From the NCBI RefSeq assembly GCF_006345805.1, contig NC_043001.1, positions 68,448,001 to 68,512,000 of the forward strand: a stretch of DNA of 64,000 bases, given 5' to 3'. Below the pieces are notes generated by a model. That model was not told the origin of the DNA. It saw nothing but the letters and a program-made list of their open reading frames with translations, and did not search any database. Positions 27,303 through 39,328 of this stretch are shown in pieces (positions within the stretch are counted from its first letter, which is position 1; every line of letters starts with the position of its first letter). Source of the stretch: Octopus sinensis. Taxonomy: Eukaryota. A program made the translations under genes and the position numbers.

Positions 27303-28935
27303 CTGGCAGTATCGCCCGGCGTTGCTCGGGTTTGTAAGGGAAATAACTATATAAGCATTTTTAGAGAGTTATAGCAAAAAAATAGCAAAAAAATGCATTA
27401 AATATGGAATAAAAAATGATGGTGATTTTTTTTTAAATCGTTGACTCATCGTAGACATTTTTAGAGAGTTACTTCCCTTATACAATAGCGAAAAATGCAT
27501 TAAAATGGAAAAAATGATGGTAAATTTTCTTAAAAATTGTAGACTCATCGTAGGCGCGCGCTAATACCCAGAAGGGCTCGATATCAATCACAACTATAAG
27601 ATACCCGGTTTTGGTTAAACTGCACCGCAAAATGTGGGAGTAGTTAGGAATCTAAATCGTAGGAGACAGACACACAACTTCACTTTTATATATAAAGATT
27701 TGTGCAACAACTAAAACATTCGGTTGTGCAAATTATTTGCACAGGAAACCTGCCCCGTGTGGCGGTTTTTGCCGTTTTTGTGGATCTGTTTCAGCTTTTT
27801 TAGCGATTTCTGTTTTGGCGACTTCAAGCCATGAAGTCGTTGTTCTAAAAGAACGCTGGTCTCCTTGACAACGCTTTACGACGTTGATTTCCCTACCCTG
27901 CCTTCCCCACAGTTTCACGAGGGAGGGAAGAAGGGGAGGAGCTACACAGGTGCAGGTGCGAGCATGAACGCCAACGCTGCCACCGACACACGAAAAAATT
28001 GGAAGAACCCAGACGACAGCTTCAGCAACCACCACCACCACGACCAACACCATCACCACTACCACCATGACCACCACCACCACCATCACGAAGACCACGA
28101 CGACGACCACCACCACCACCATCATCACCACGACCACGACCACCACCATCATCACCACCCCCACCCCCACGACCACCGCCACCACCACCACCAACAACAA
28201 CACCACCACCACCACAAACACGACGACCACGACGACCACCATCACCACTACCAGCACCACCGCCACCACCGCTGCCACTACCACCGCCTCCACCACCATC
28301 ATACTATGCCTCTGCTCTCTCCTTTTGGCTACTAAACCCATTACCATATTTCACAAGTACCATCGCCATACAATATTGCCTTGAAAAGTTTGTGTTTGGA
28401 TAATATTTTTTAAGTAAAAGTTGTGCAACAACTATAACATTCGGTTGTGCAAATTATTTGCACGGGAAACCTTCCCTGTGTGGCGTGTTTCCCGATTTTG
28501 TAGAATTTGCTTTCGGGCTTTCTTAGCCATTTCTGATTTGGTATCTTCAAGCCATGAAGTCGTTGTTCTAAAAGAACGCTGGTCTCCTTGACAACGCTTT
28601 ACGATGTTGATTTCCTTATACTCCCTTCCCCACAGCTTCACGAGGGAGGGAAGAAGGGGGAGAAGCAACACAGGTGCAGGTGTGAGCATGGACGCCAACT
28701 CCGCCGCCATCGACACACGAAAAAATATGCGTTAAAATGGAAAAAAATTATGGTAAATTATTTTTAAAATCGTAGACTCATTGTAGACGCGCGCTAATAC
28801 CCAGACGGGCTCGATATGAATCACGACTATAAGATACCCGAATTTGGTTAAACTGCACCGCAAAATGTGGGAGTAGTTGGGAATCTAAATCGTAGGAGAC
28901 AAACACTCACACAACTTCACTTTTATATATAAAGA
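27303..28935 (-). mobile_element. Composite non-autonomous Helitron (Lep1-like), two 5' ends and one 3' end
   Basis: Minus-strand 5' A|TCTTTATATATAAAAG at 28935 and again at 27698. 3' hairpin CCCGAGCAACGCCGGG + CCAG|T at 27303. Internal duplication 27700-28000 vs 28420-28725. Same family as 40833-41338. Confidence 0.8.
28025..28300. repeat. Degenerate (CAC/CCA)n trinucleotide tract within the Helitron
   Basis: Directly visible; the source of the spurious poly-H/T/V ORFs. Confidence 0.9.
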
Positions 28936-30267
28936 TAAGTTATATACATTTTCTTAGTATTCTCTATAATTTCTTATTATTTTGTTTTCTTATTTTGATA
29001 CCTTTACCTATTAACCTCTTATCTCTTATAAGTTATTAATGTTCTTAAAGAGAGATATAAACTTTCTAATTACTTAAATCTATGAGAGTTGATTATAACA
29101 TATCCATAATAAAGTACAAATATTTGCGTATGCTTGCATGTATGCACATAATTAGATATATGTATGTATCTGTGCACAACATATTTTTTCCGATTTTTTT
29201 CTGATTCTTAGCTTATAAAATATATAAAGATAGCATGATTTATCGCCCCAATTTCCACAAGTAGATACCCAGAGCAATCTTTATAGAAACCACGTAAGGA
29301 AATAATTAAGTACAGGAATGAATATTAAACTAATTCAATGTAATCTTCCCTTTCTAATATTGAAAATTGGTATATATATACAGTTTATCTATTCTGTTTA
29401 TAATATCATTTTTAGTAATCTTAAATTTTATTTTTATATATATAACAATATTGTTTATATACTACTATCCATTGTACCCCATGATAATTTCCTCTGTTTT
29501 AACATCATATGTTTTATTAGCGTCTTGCCCCTTTAACTGATAATTAGCATCTTCATTTGGGGTCTTCCCCTACCCAGCCTCTTTTATAGACAATTACTTA
29601 TACAAATGCTAAAATCCTGATAATATTTATGGCCATCCCCAACTATAAACCGTCAACTCACTCCTGCCCACCATTCTAAACACAAACTGTCCTTTAGCCT
29701 TAGATTTATTAGTTGATAAAAGTAGACTAATAAATTAAAAATGAACCACAATCCTTTACAAGCTATGACCCTGACAAGTTTATTAGGGTCATAGGTGCAG
29801 TCAACGTATCTCGCCTCTAAATCCACTTTCTTCTGGAGAAAGGGGGCAAGGATTCTGGGGATCTCGGAATTTCCCGGAGTTTCCCACCAACGGAGTTTTG
29901 TTATGTGAGTTTTTTTTTCTTTTCCAGGTTATTTCGCATGCCTTCTTTTGTTCCATTTGTATTTACATGAGCATCCGATTCATATTGTTTCTTGCTTTTG
30001 TCTCTTTCCCTTTGTTTCGCCAGACGTTCAGCTCTCCTAGTGTTCGATTCCTGATCTCTCCTGCTTCTGTCTCTTTCTCTCTTCTCCACTAGACACTCAG
30101 CCATTGCTTTATCAGTCACACTGACCCTTCTATTTGCATGTTCTCTCTGCTAATGGTCAATAGGTGGGATACAAACTAGGCAGAAACACGCTGCATGTTG
30201 AATCCAGAGGTTGGGATTACATACAAAGACATATAACAGACCAACAAATCAGATACATATCGTTAAT

Positions 30268-30715
30268 TGTCCTCCAATGATCCTCATACACAAACTTTGA
30301 AATTTTTCCACACTTCCGAGGGTGACGCTTGTGGCAGGTCTTCCAGATTGCTCATCGTCTTCCAAGGACGTTCTTCCACTTTTGATGCGCCCGAGCCACT
30401 CGAAACATTGCATCCGACCCATTGCCTCATCGCCGTAAACTTACCGAAGCATGGTCAATGTCTCTGTAGCAGACTTCCCAAGTTTAACGCAAAATTTTCA
30501 CGTTGGCTCATTGTTCTAATTTTCAGTCCACGACAAAATCGCAGATACGTCATCATAAAAATTCAAATTTCACAAATTGCGAAGTAAAGACAGCGATGTC
30601 ACTCGGCACGCTGCTTCATGAAGATCACTGCAAGGTCACATTGCGCACGCAACCGTGTGCTGCCATCTGTTGTTTCGCTACAGAACTCTTCCGGGAACAT
30701 TTTGATACCACCTCG
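30268..30715 (-). mobile_element. Mariner 5' fragment (TIR + N-terminal HTH)
   Basis: KFCVKLGKSATETLTML..VYGDEAMGRMQCFEW..RIKSGRTSLEDDEQSGRP. TIR TA|CGAGGTGGTATCAAAATGTTCCCGGAA. Confidence 0.85.
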
Positions 30716-30819
30716 TATGTATGTATGTATGTATGTATGTATGTATGTATGTATGTATGTATGTATGTATGTATGTATGTATGAATGTATGTATGTATGT
30801 ATATATTGGCACAATATAT

Positions 30820-31245
30820 ATATCAACTTCATCAATAGCACAGTTTTACCTGCAATGTTATATGATAGAAAAAGATGGACTAAATAAAAAAGAACAGAGA
30901 TTGGTAACGTCTCAAGGAACCATGGAGAGGTCAATGTTTGGAATCTCGTTGAGAGAGCACATCAGTAGCGAGGTCATCAGAGAGAAGTCCGGCGTGAGGG
31001 ATGTCATCGCAGAATATACACATAGCAACTTTAGATGGGCTGGACACTTCGCTCGACTCACCGATAATCGGTAGACCCGGGCAGTTGTCGACTGGTACCC
31101 GCGCGAGGGAAAACGACGGTGGAGTTACGATTTCAGGAGGGCGATTGAGATCACGTGGATGAGAAAGGTGCGATCCAGAGAGGAGTGGACAGCGTGCTGA
31201 CAAGCGGTGTCAATGGACGTCCGACGGACTCGTCAGTCAAGGTCA
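30820..31245 (+). mobile_element. RTE-clade LINE 3' fragment
   Basis: NSTVLPAMLY...QGTMERSMFGISLREHISSEVIREKSGVRDVI...FRWAGHFARLTDNR*TRAVVDWYPREGKR. Confidence 0.85.
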
Positions 31246-31388
31246 TATATATATATATATATATATCAACAATCAAGGAACGGCCATAATAGGCCATTCA
31301 CCCACTAGAAATAACAGCCAAAGCTTCAACCGCAAATAAAAATCAATTCCGTAAACAGGAGAAAATTAAAAAAAACATTTACCCTGTA

Positions 31389-31509
31389 ATTTCTTATACG
31401 ATGCACCGTTTCATCTGCTGTTTAATGGTAAACTAACCTGATTAAATTAACCTGATTAAATTAAATCAGGCCAATCTTCCATAGGCCCTCAGATTCTTCA
31501 GTAAGAAAT
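31389..31509 (-). ncRNA. Type I hammerhead ribozyme
   Basis: Reverse complement of the motif at 32577-32682, with a 14-nt duplication in stem II. Confidence 0.85.
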
Positions 31510-31895
31510 AGCCACAAGTCGGAACAGATATTTTCACGAGGCATTTCCGACCCTGCCAAGGTAATATCTGACCTAAAATTTTCAAATCATCGCACTCGCG
31601 CCAAATTTATCGGCAGCAAATAAATATAAGCCGTCGATTCCATTACGGAATTAACCAGAAAATTCATAATTAATCAATATAGGGTGGCAAAAAAAATTTT
31701 GTAGAATTTTTTTGCCACCAGCGGCCTAGTGGGAAAAAATTAAATAGTCATAGACCATTTTTAAGTTCAACATCAACAATCAAGGAACGGCCATAATAGG
31801 CCATTCACCCACTAGAAATAACAGCCAAAGCTTCAACCGCAAATAAAAATCAATTCCGTAAACAGGAGAAAATTTAAAAAAACATTTACCCTGTA

Positions 31896-32002
31896 ATTTC
31901 TTATACGATGCACCGTTTCATCTGCTGTTTAATGGTAAACTAACCTGATTAAATTAAATCAGGCCAATCTTCCATAGGTCCTCAGATTCTTCAGTAAGAA
32001 AT
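31896..32002 (-). ncRNA. Type I hammerhead ribozyme
   Basis: Reverse complement of the motif at 32577-32682; core intact. Confidence 0.85.
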
Positions 32003-32576
32003 AGCCACAAGTCGGAACAGATATTTTCACGAGGCATTTCCGACCCTGCCAAGGTAATATCTGACCTAAAATTTTAAAATCATCGCACTCGCGCCAAATT
32101 TATCGGCAGCAAATAAATATAAGCCGTCGATTCCATTACGGAATTAACCAGAAAATTCATAATTAATCAATATAGGGTGGCAAAAAAAAAATTTTGTAGA
32201 ATTTTTTTGCCACCAGCGGCCTAGTGGGAAAAAATTAAATAGTCATAGACCATTTTTAAGTTCAACATCAACAATCAAGGAACGGCCATAATAGGCCATT
32301 CACCCACTAGAAATAACAGCCAAAGCTTCAACCGCAAATAAAAATCAATTCCGTAAACAGGAGAAAATTTAAAAAAACATTTACCATTTACCATTTTGCC
32401 ACCCTATATTGATTAATTATGAATTTTCTGGTTAATTCCGTAATGGAATCGACGGCTTATATTTATTTGCTGCCGATAAATTTGGCGCGAGTGCGATGAT
32501 TTGAAAATTTTAGGTCAGATATTACCTTGGCAGGGTCGGAAATGCCTCGTGAAAATATCTGTTCCGACTTGTGGCT

Positions 32577-32682
32577 ATTTCTTACTGAAGAATCTGAGGG
32601 CCTATGGAAGATTGGCCTGATTAATTTAATCAGGTTAGTTTACCATTAAACAGCAGATGAAACGGTGCATCGTATAAGAAAT
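32577..32682 (+). ncRNA. Type I hammerhead ribozyme
   Basis: Stem I AUUUCUUA/UAAGAAAU; core CUGAAGA (32585-91); stem II AUCUG...CAGAU with long hairpin extension; GAAA (32659-62); stem III CGGUGCAUCG; GUA cleavage after 32674. Confidence 0.9.
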
Positions 32683-33072
32683 TACAGGGTAAATGTTTTT
32701 TTAAATTTTCTCCTGTTTACGGAATTGATTTTTATTTGCGGTTGAAGCTTTGGCTGTTATTTCTAGTGGGTGAATGGCCTATTATGGCCGTTCCTTGATT
32801 GTTGATGTTGAACTTAAAAATGGTCTATGACTATTTAATTTTTTCCCACTAGGCCGCTGGTGGCAAAAAAATTCTACAAAATTTTTTTTTTTTGCCACCC
32901 TATATTGATTAATTATGAATTTTCTGGTTAATTCCGTAATGGAATCGACGGCTTATATTTATTTGCTGCCGATAAATTTGGCGCGAGTGCGATGATTTTA
33001 AAATTTTAGGTCAGATATTACCTTGGCAGGGTCGGAAATGCCTCGTGAAAATATCTGTTCCGACTTGTGGCT

Positions 33073-33193
33073 ATTTCTTACTGAAGAATCTGAGGGCCTA
33101 TGGAAGATTGGCCTGATTTAATTTAATCAGGTTAATTTAATCAGGTTAGTTTACCATTAAACAGCAGATGAAACGGTGCATCGTATAAGAAAT
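33073..33193 (+). ncRNA. Type I hammerhead ribozyme
   Basis: Same motif with a 14-nt duplication in stem II; predicted cleavage after 33185. Confidence 0.88.
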
Positions 33194-33582
33194 TACAGGG
33201 TAAATGTTTTTTTAAATTTTCTCCTGTTTACGGAATTGATTTTTATTTGCGTTGAAGCTTTGGCTGTTATTTCTAGTGGGTGAATGGCCTATTATGGCCG
33301 TTCCTTGATTGTTGATGTTGAACTTAAAAATGGTCTATGACTATTTAATTTTTTCCCACTAGGCCGCTGGTGGCAAAAAAATTCTACAAAATTTTTTTTT
33401 TTTGCCACCCTATATTGATTAATTATGAATTTTCTTGTTAATTCCGTAATGGAATCGACGGCTTATATTTATTTGCTGCCGATAAATTTGGCGCGAGTGC
33501 GATGATTTGAAAATTTTAGGTCAGATATTACCTTGGCAGGGTCGGAAATGCCTCGTGAAAATATCTGTTCCGACTTGTGGCT

Positions 33583-33688
33583 ATTTCTTACTGAAGAATC
33601 TGAGGGCCTATGGAAGATTGGCCTGATTTATTTAATCAGGTTAGTTTACCATTAAACAGCAGATGAAACGGTGCATCGTATAAAAAAT
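33583..33688 (+). ncRNA. Type I hammerhead ribozyme (one stem I mismatch)
   Basis: Same motif; the 3' stem I strand is UAAAAAAU; predicted cleavage after 33680. Confidence 0.8.
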
Positions 33689-33915
33689 TACAGGTAAATG
33701 TTTTTTTAAATTTTCTCCTGTTTACGGAATTGATTTTTATTTGCGGTTGAAGCTTTGGCTGTTATTTCTAGTGGGTGAATGGCCTATTATGGCCGTTCCT
33801 TGATTGTTGATGTTGAACTTAAAAATGGTCTATGACTATTTAATTTTTTCCCACTAGGCCGCTGGTGGCAAAAAAATTCTACAAAATTTTTTTTTGCCAC
33901 CCTATATTGATTAAT

Positions 33916-33955
<40 letters not shown>

Positions 33956-33964
33956 ATATATATA

Positions 33965-34043
<79 letters not shown>

Positions 34044-34145
34044 AATAAGTCCTAGGGTGGATTTGTTCGACTGAAGGCGGTGCTCCAGCATGAGCGCAGT
34101 CAAATGACTGAAACAATTAAAACAATAAAAGAGTAAAAGAGAATA
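34044..34145 (+). mobile_element. SINE family A 3' end, duplicated together with its flank
   Basis: Tail plus the downstream CAATCCCACCCATATTCATA recurs at 34645-34780. Confidence 0.85.
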
Positions 34146-34195
34146 TATATACAATCCCACCCATATTCATATATATATGTATATATATATAATAT

Positions 34196-34328
<133 letters not shown>

Positions 34329-34364
34329 ATGTGTATATATATACATACATAGAAAAACACTGTA

Positions 34365-34747
34365 GGCGCGGGAGTAGCTGTATGGTAAGTAGCTTGGTTA
34401 CCAACCACATGGTTCCGTGTTCAGTCCCACTGCGTGACACCTTGGGTAAGTGTCTTCTACTATAGCCTCGGGCCGACCAAAGCCTTGTGAGTGGATTTGG
34501 TAGATATATATGTATATATGTGTGTTTGTGTGTCTGTGTTTGTTCCACCCCAACATCGCTTGACAACCGATCGTGGTGCGTTTACGTCGCCGTAACTTAG
34601 CGGTTCGGCAAAAGAGACCGATAGAATAAATACTAGGCTTACAAAAAATAAGTCCTAGAGTCGATTTGTTCGACTAAAGGCGGTGCTCCAGCATGGGCGC
34701 AGTCAAATGACTGAAACAATTAAAACAATAAAAGAGTAAAGGAGAAT
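34365..34747 (+). mobile_element. SINE family A
   Basis: Aligns with 19358-19764, with a small internal deletion. Confidence 0.9.
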
Positions 34748-34792
34748 ATATATACAATCCCACCCATATTCATATATATGTATGTATATATG

Positions 34793-34826
<34 letters not shown>

Positions 34827-35378
34827 CATATGTATGTTAAATATACACTATCCCATTAAGCCCTCCATTACCACAACCATCATCATTATCATCAACATCA
34901 TTAACAACACCAACCATAATAATTTTATAAGAAGCAATGTTATTAAATATTCAATTACGAAAGAACGGAAAATAAATTTAAAAAATGTTAGAAAAGCTAC
35001 TTCATTGCGCTTGGTTGTCATTAAAATATAATCTTTGAAATGAAGTCAGAAAACATACATTTTGAATAAGTTTGACACCGCGGCTGGGGAGTCGGAAGTA
35101 TTGAGGGCGAAATCTTTTTGAAATATAAGTTGTTTCACGTGGCAAAATGTTTATGTCTACATCACAATCATGTTGTTGAGGTTTACGTTAACCTCTGTTT
35201 ATTTATTTATTTATTTATTTATTTATTCATTCATTCAATCATTTATTTGTTTCTTTGTTTATGTATCTAGTTTTGTATCTTCAATTATTTATTTGAGAGA
35301 CGAAAGAATAAGAAATATTTTGGAAAATCCTTCTTATCTGTCCCTTTGTTCCATACATTCGTACATACATCGATACAT

Positions 35379-35438
<60 letters not shown>

Positions 35439-35447
35439 TCATGTATT

Positions 35448-35666
35448 TACGAGGGTTTGCTGAAAAGTTCCTGGCTTTGAGAAAAGAAAATACAGGAAGA
35501 TCAGCCAATTATCAATTCACTCAACATGTTTCCCTTTCCGATCCACACGATTATTGCAGTGCTTCTTCAGCTTTTCTAAGCTCTACAAAAGAACGCGAGA
35601 TGTTAGGACTCGAACCAGACATTTTGCGATGCCCTTAAAGCCAGGAAATTTTCTGCACACCTTGGT
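35448..35666. mobile_element. Mariner-derived MITE (~220 bp)
   Basis: Imperfect TIRs TACGAGGGTTTGCTGAAAAGTTCCTGGCTTT and AAAGCCAGGAAATTTTCTGCACACCTTGGTA. Related to 2330-2527. Confidence 0.7.
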
Positions 35667-35715
35667 ATGTATATCTGCATGTATGCAGGAATGTACGTAT
35701 GCATGTGTGTGTGTG

Positions 35716-35807
<92 letters not shown>

Positions 35808-35899
35808 TTGTGTGTTTGTATATATATGTATGTATATATATGCATAGACACACACACATTATTTAATAAACACAATATATACTTTTATGTGTTGAGAAC

Positions 35900-37719
35900 A
35901 TACAAGACAGTATTTTATAACATGTCGGGTGTCCTGACAGAATCATCCGGTACTAATAGTAGCGCATAGGAAATCTCAATAAGATATGAATACCCAAAGT
36001 CAGTTACGTAATAACATGAAATTAGCCACCCGATTATAGAATTCAAATAAAAGGGCTTTAATGCGTTTCCAGAGAATATAGAACTAAGGAGGAAATACCA
36101 ATAAGGTGTGTATACCCAAATCGTGCAGCGTGTTACGTAATAACAGGCTAATCAGAAATGAGATAATAACAATTCAAACTAACTAACTCTGAAAAGGGCT
36201 TTTGTGCATTCCCAGAGAATATTACCCTCAAGGGCGCTAGTGTTGAAACATATTTACAATGAATGTAGAAGACTGACATTTAGTTTTACAGTAGACATAC
36301 AAATAAATTTGCATATAGATTTTAAAATAAAATAACATGTAGGTTATCAATACATTTACAACACTTACGGAAACATCAACACGCCTATCAATATGAATTA
36401 AGAGAATGTTCCTACATGTAAACAGCGTGTGAATTGTATGTATACAGTGCCGATTGCTATGTTATTGCTAGATAAATGGCAATTTCTGTCTGCTTGTGTG
36501 GCTGGTTGTTGCATAGAGTACATCGTTACAAAACATTAACACAGCTATCAATATAAATTAAGAAGGTGTTCTTACATGTAAACGGTGTAACATTTGCATT
36601 TATCTAAAAGCAGACCAGTTCTTCATGCAGCGCCTCTCTATTGGCCGAAGTGACATGAAAGGCGTCGTCATTCATGGTATATTAGGGAATAAGTCACTAA
36701 GCGAAATAGATGGATCTATTGTTGAATGCATTTGCCTCAATTTTCGTGTGCGCACAAGTCGAGAACTCAGACTTGATCTTATTTAAGGAAATATTCCTAC
36801 TCGTAAACAGCGTGTAACCTTTAATATAGTGCAGACGACCAGTGGGCAGCAAGGAAAATTGAGGGATTTTAAATAGGTTATTTCCCCTTGGCCGTTAAAG
36901 AAAAGTAAAGTGCACCCGTTAAGAAAACATCAACACCACTATCAATATGAATTAAGAAAATGTTCCTACATTTAAACAGCGTGTGGATGTATGAGGATAG
37001 TTCAAATTGCAATATTATTGAAAGACAAATGGCAATTTCTTTCTGCTTGTGTGGTTGGTTGTTACATAGAGTACATCGTTACAAACCATTAACACATCTA
37101 TCATTATAAATTAAGTTGTTCCTACTTGCAAACAGGTTGTGACCTTTGTGTTGACGCGCATTTGACTAAAAGCAGAACAGTTCTTCATGTAGTACCTGTC
37201 AATTGGCTGAAGTGACATGAAAGGCATCGTCATTCAAAGTATTTTCGGGAATAAGTCACAAACTGAAATGAGTGGTGATATTGTTTAGGAAAATACTATT
37301 TACTTACTTAAGGGTTGTACTGGGTAAATTGCGAAAATAACTTTAACAGTTCAAATACTAAGAAATAAATATACTCAACTGAATTTATACCAAATAAAAT
37401 CACTAACCTTGTCTGACAATTTCTTGTAAAAAAGTTCACATAGTGTAGAATGCTTGTTTAATAAATCGAGAAGTATTTATTATGCATTTTTTTATTTATA
37501 GGAAAATGAATGGGTTACTACCCTTGGCGGGTAAAGGTTATATACGTGGATCCCTTTTAGGGGCCCTAGCCATCCAGTTATAGATTTTTATGCAACTTCA
37601 ATGAGCCTAGTAACAGACTAAATGCTACTTTAACATGTCTGCAAAGTTTCACCAAACTTCATTACCGGATGTAGTCGGCGACTTAATATAGACAACTTGC
37701 TTTTATATATGTAAAAGAT
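35900..37719 (-). mobile_element. Probable Helitron/Helentron-like non-autonomous element with internal repeats
   Basis: Right end TTTTATATATGTAAAAGAT resembles the Helitron 5' ends elsewhere in the window. A ~350-bp internal duplication 36370-36722 vs 36923-37285 contains sub-repeats (TATCAATATGAATTAAG..GTTCCTACATGTAAACAG). Confidence 0.45.
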
Positions 37720-38554
37720 AAGATATATATATATATATATATGTATAGTGTACTGGTAAAATCAACAGAAAAGTACTCCATCTGGTGAGAGATAAATATT
37801 ATTTAATAGTCACAATATGTTTTATACACACACACATCTATATGTAGAGATATAGTATGTTTATTGAAAAAGTTTCTCATTTCTTTTTCTGAAGAGATAA
37901 GATGAAAATGAAATCTCTTTATTGTCTGGTACCGGTTCTTTAGCAGTTGTATTACATATTGAAATGATGGCGCCGACATCAACGACGATGACAAATATGA
38001 TGATGATGATGATGATGATGATAATAATGATAATGGAGGTGGTGGTGGTGGTGATGGTGAAAATGCTGCTGGTGATGGCAGCGATGTGGATGATAAGAAC
38101 GACGACGTCGAAGGAAACGGTTGTGGTGATCATAATTGATTACGATGACAGCAACTTTGATGATGTTGATGAGAATAATTATGATGATGACGATAATGAT
38201 GACGATGATGTTGGCGTTGGTGGTTGTTGTTGTGGTGGAAGTATTAGCGGTGACGCTGATGAATGGAAATAATGATAATTATGAGGACAGTATTAATGAT
38301 GATGACGATGACGATGACGATGACAAAATGATGATTATGATCATAATATAATATTGATGATGATGACGACGACGATATTGATGATGATGGTGTTAGGATC
38401 CATCTACTGCAGATGGTGGTGGTGGTGGAAGTGCTGCTGCTGCTGATCAACGTCATAGTTAGTTGCACCATCAATATTATATTTTGTCATAAATCATAAT
38501 CATTTTAAACTGCCGGCACCGACGTCTCCAATAGTAGTAGTAGAAGTAGTAGTG

Positions 38555-38611
<57 letters not shown>

Positions 38612-38649
38612 ATAGTTGTTGTTGTTGTTATAGTTGTAGAAGTGTTATT

Positions 38650-38748
38650 TGAGGTTGACATTGACTTTTATCATTTTGGGGTCGATAAAATAAGTACCAG
38701 TTGATACTCCCCACAAATTTCTGCCCCTGTGGCAAAATTTGAAACCAT
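38650..38748 (+). mobile_element. SINE family B fragment
   Basis: GGGGTCGATAAAATAAGTACCAGTTG core and AAAATTTGAAACC tail. Confidence 0.7.
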
Positions 38749-38781
38749 TATTACTATTACTACTATTATTATTATTATTAC

Positions 38782-39193
38782 CTTTTTTTTTTTTTCTTCT
38801 TTCAAATTTTCTTCCATTTCTTGCCGAGTGTCTTCCCGACTCCTAGGGCAAAGAAACTCATAGTGTATATTGGTAGGCCATTAAACCAAACTCAGAAGTT
38901 CGTTCATTTTTTTTTTTTTTTTTTTTTTAAGTTAGATTAAAATACATGAGCAGCAACAGTTCTCACATCGACAATGCTCTTCTCAATACGTGTGATGTAC
39001 CAGTTAAGACAATCTTTTGCACTTCTTGCAGGGATGGTAAGCCAGGGATCATTCTCATATAATTTTCGGTTCCCTTCTTGATCATTCCTAGTGCTCCTAC
39101 GATCACTGGTATTGTAACCGCCTTGAGATGCCACATTTTCTCAATTTCAATGAGTAGGTCTTTATATTTTCTGAGCTTGTCAAACTCTTTCGC
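38782..39193 (-). mobile_element. R4/Dong-clade LINE 3' fragment (restriction-like endonuclease C-terminus) in (TAA)n
   Basis: KEFDKLRKYKDLLIEIEKMWHLKAVTIPVIVGALGMIKK...LQEVQKIVLTGTSHVLRRALSM*. (TAA)n on both sides. Confidence 0.88.
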
Positions 39194-39224
<31 letters not shown>

Positions 39225-39225
39225 G

Positions 39226-39328
<103 letters not shown>

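Larger units (their letters stand above)
31265..33918. repeat. Palindromic tandem array of ~495-511-bp hammerhead-containing units
   Basis: Left arm 31265-32385 (units start 31265, 31772, 32267), right arm ~32394-33918 in opposite orientation (~3 units). Copies are nearly identical. (TA)n on both flanks. No ORF of 60 aa or more lies within the units. Confidence 0.95.

Noticed and set aside
27733-28384. Poly-His/Thr/Val ORFs suggesting a metal-binding or mucin protein
   Set aside because: All frames are open because of a (CAC)n tract inside a non-autonomous Helitron.
31265-33918. CRISPR array or ordinary satellite
   Set aside because: No unique spacers, eukaryotic context, ~500-bp units; better explained as a hammerhead-bearing repeat.
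37922-38474. Poly-Met/Asp ORFs
   Set aside because: (GAT/GGT)n low-complexity sequence.
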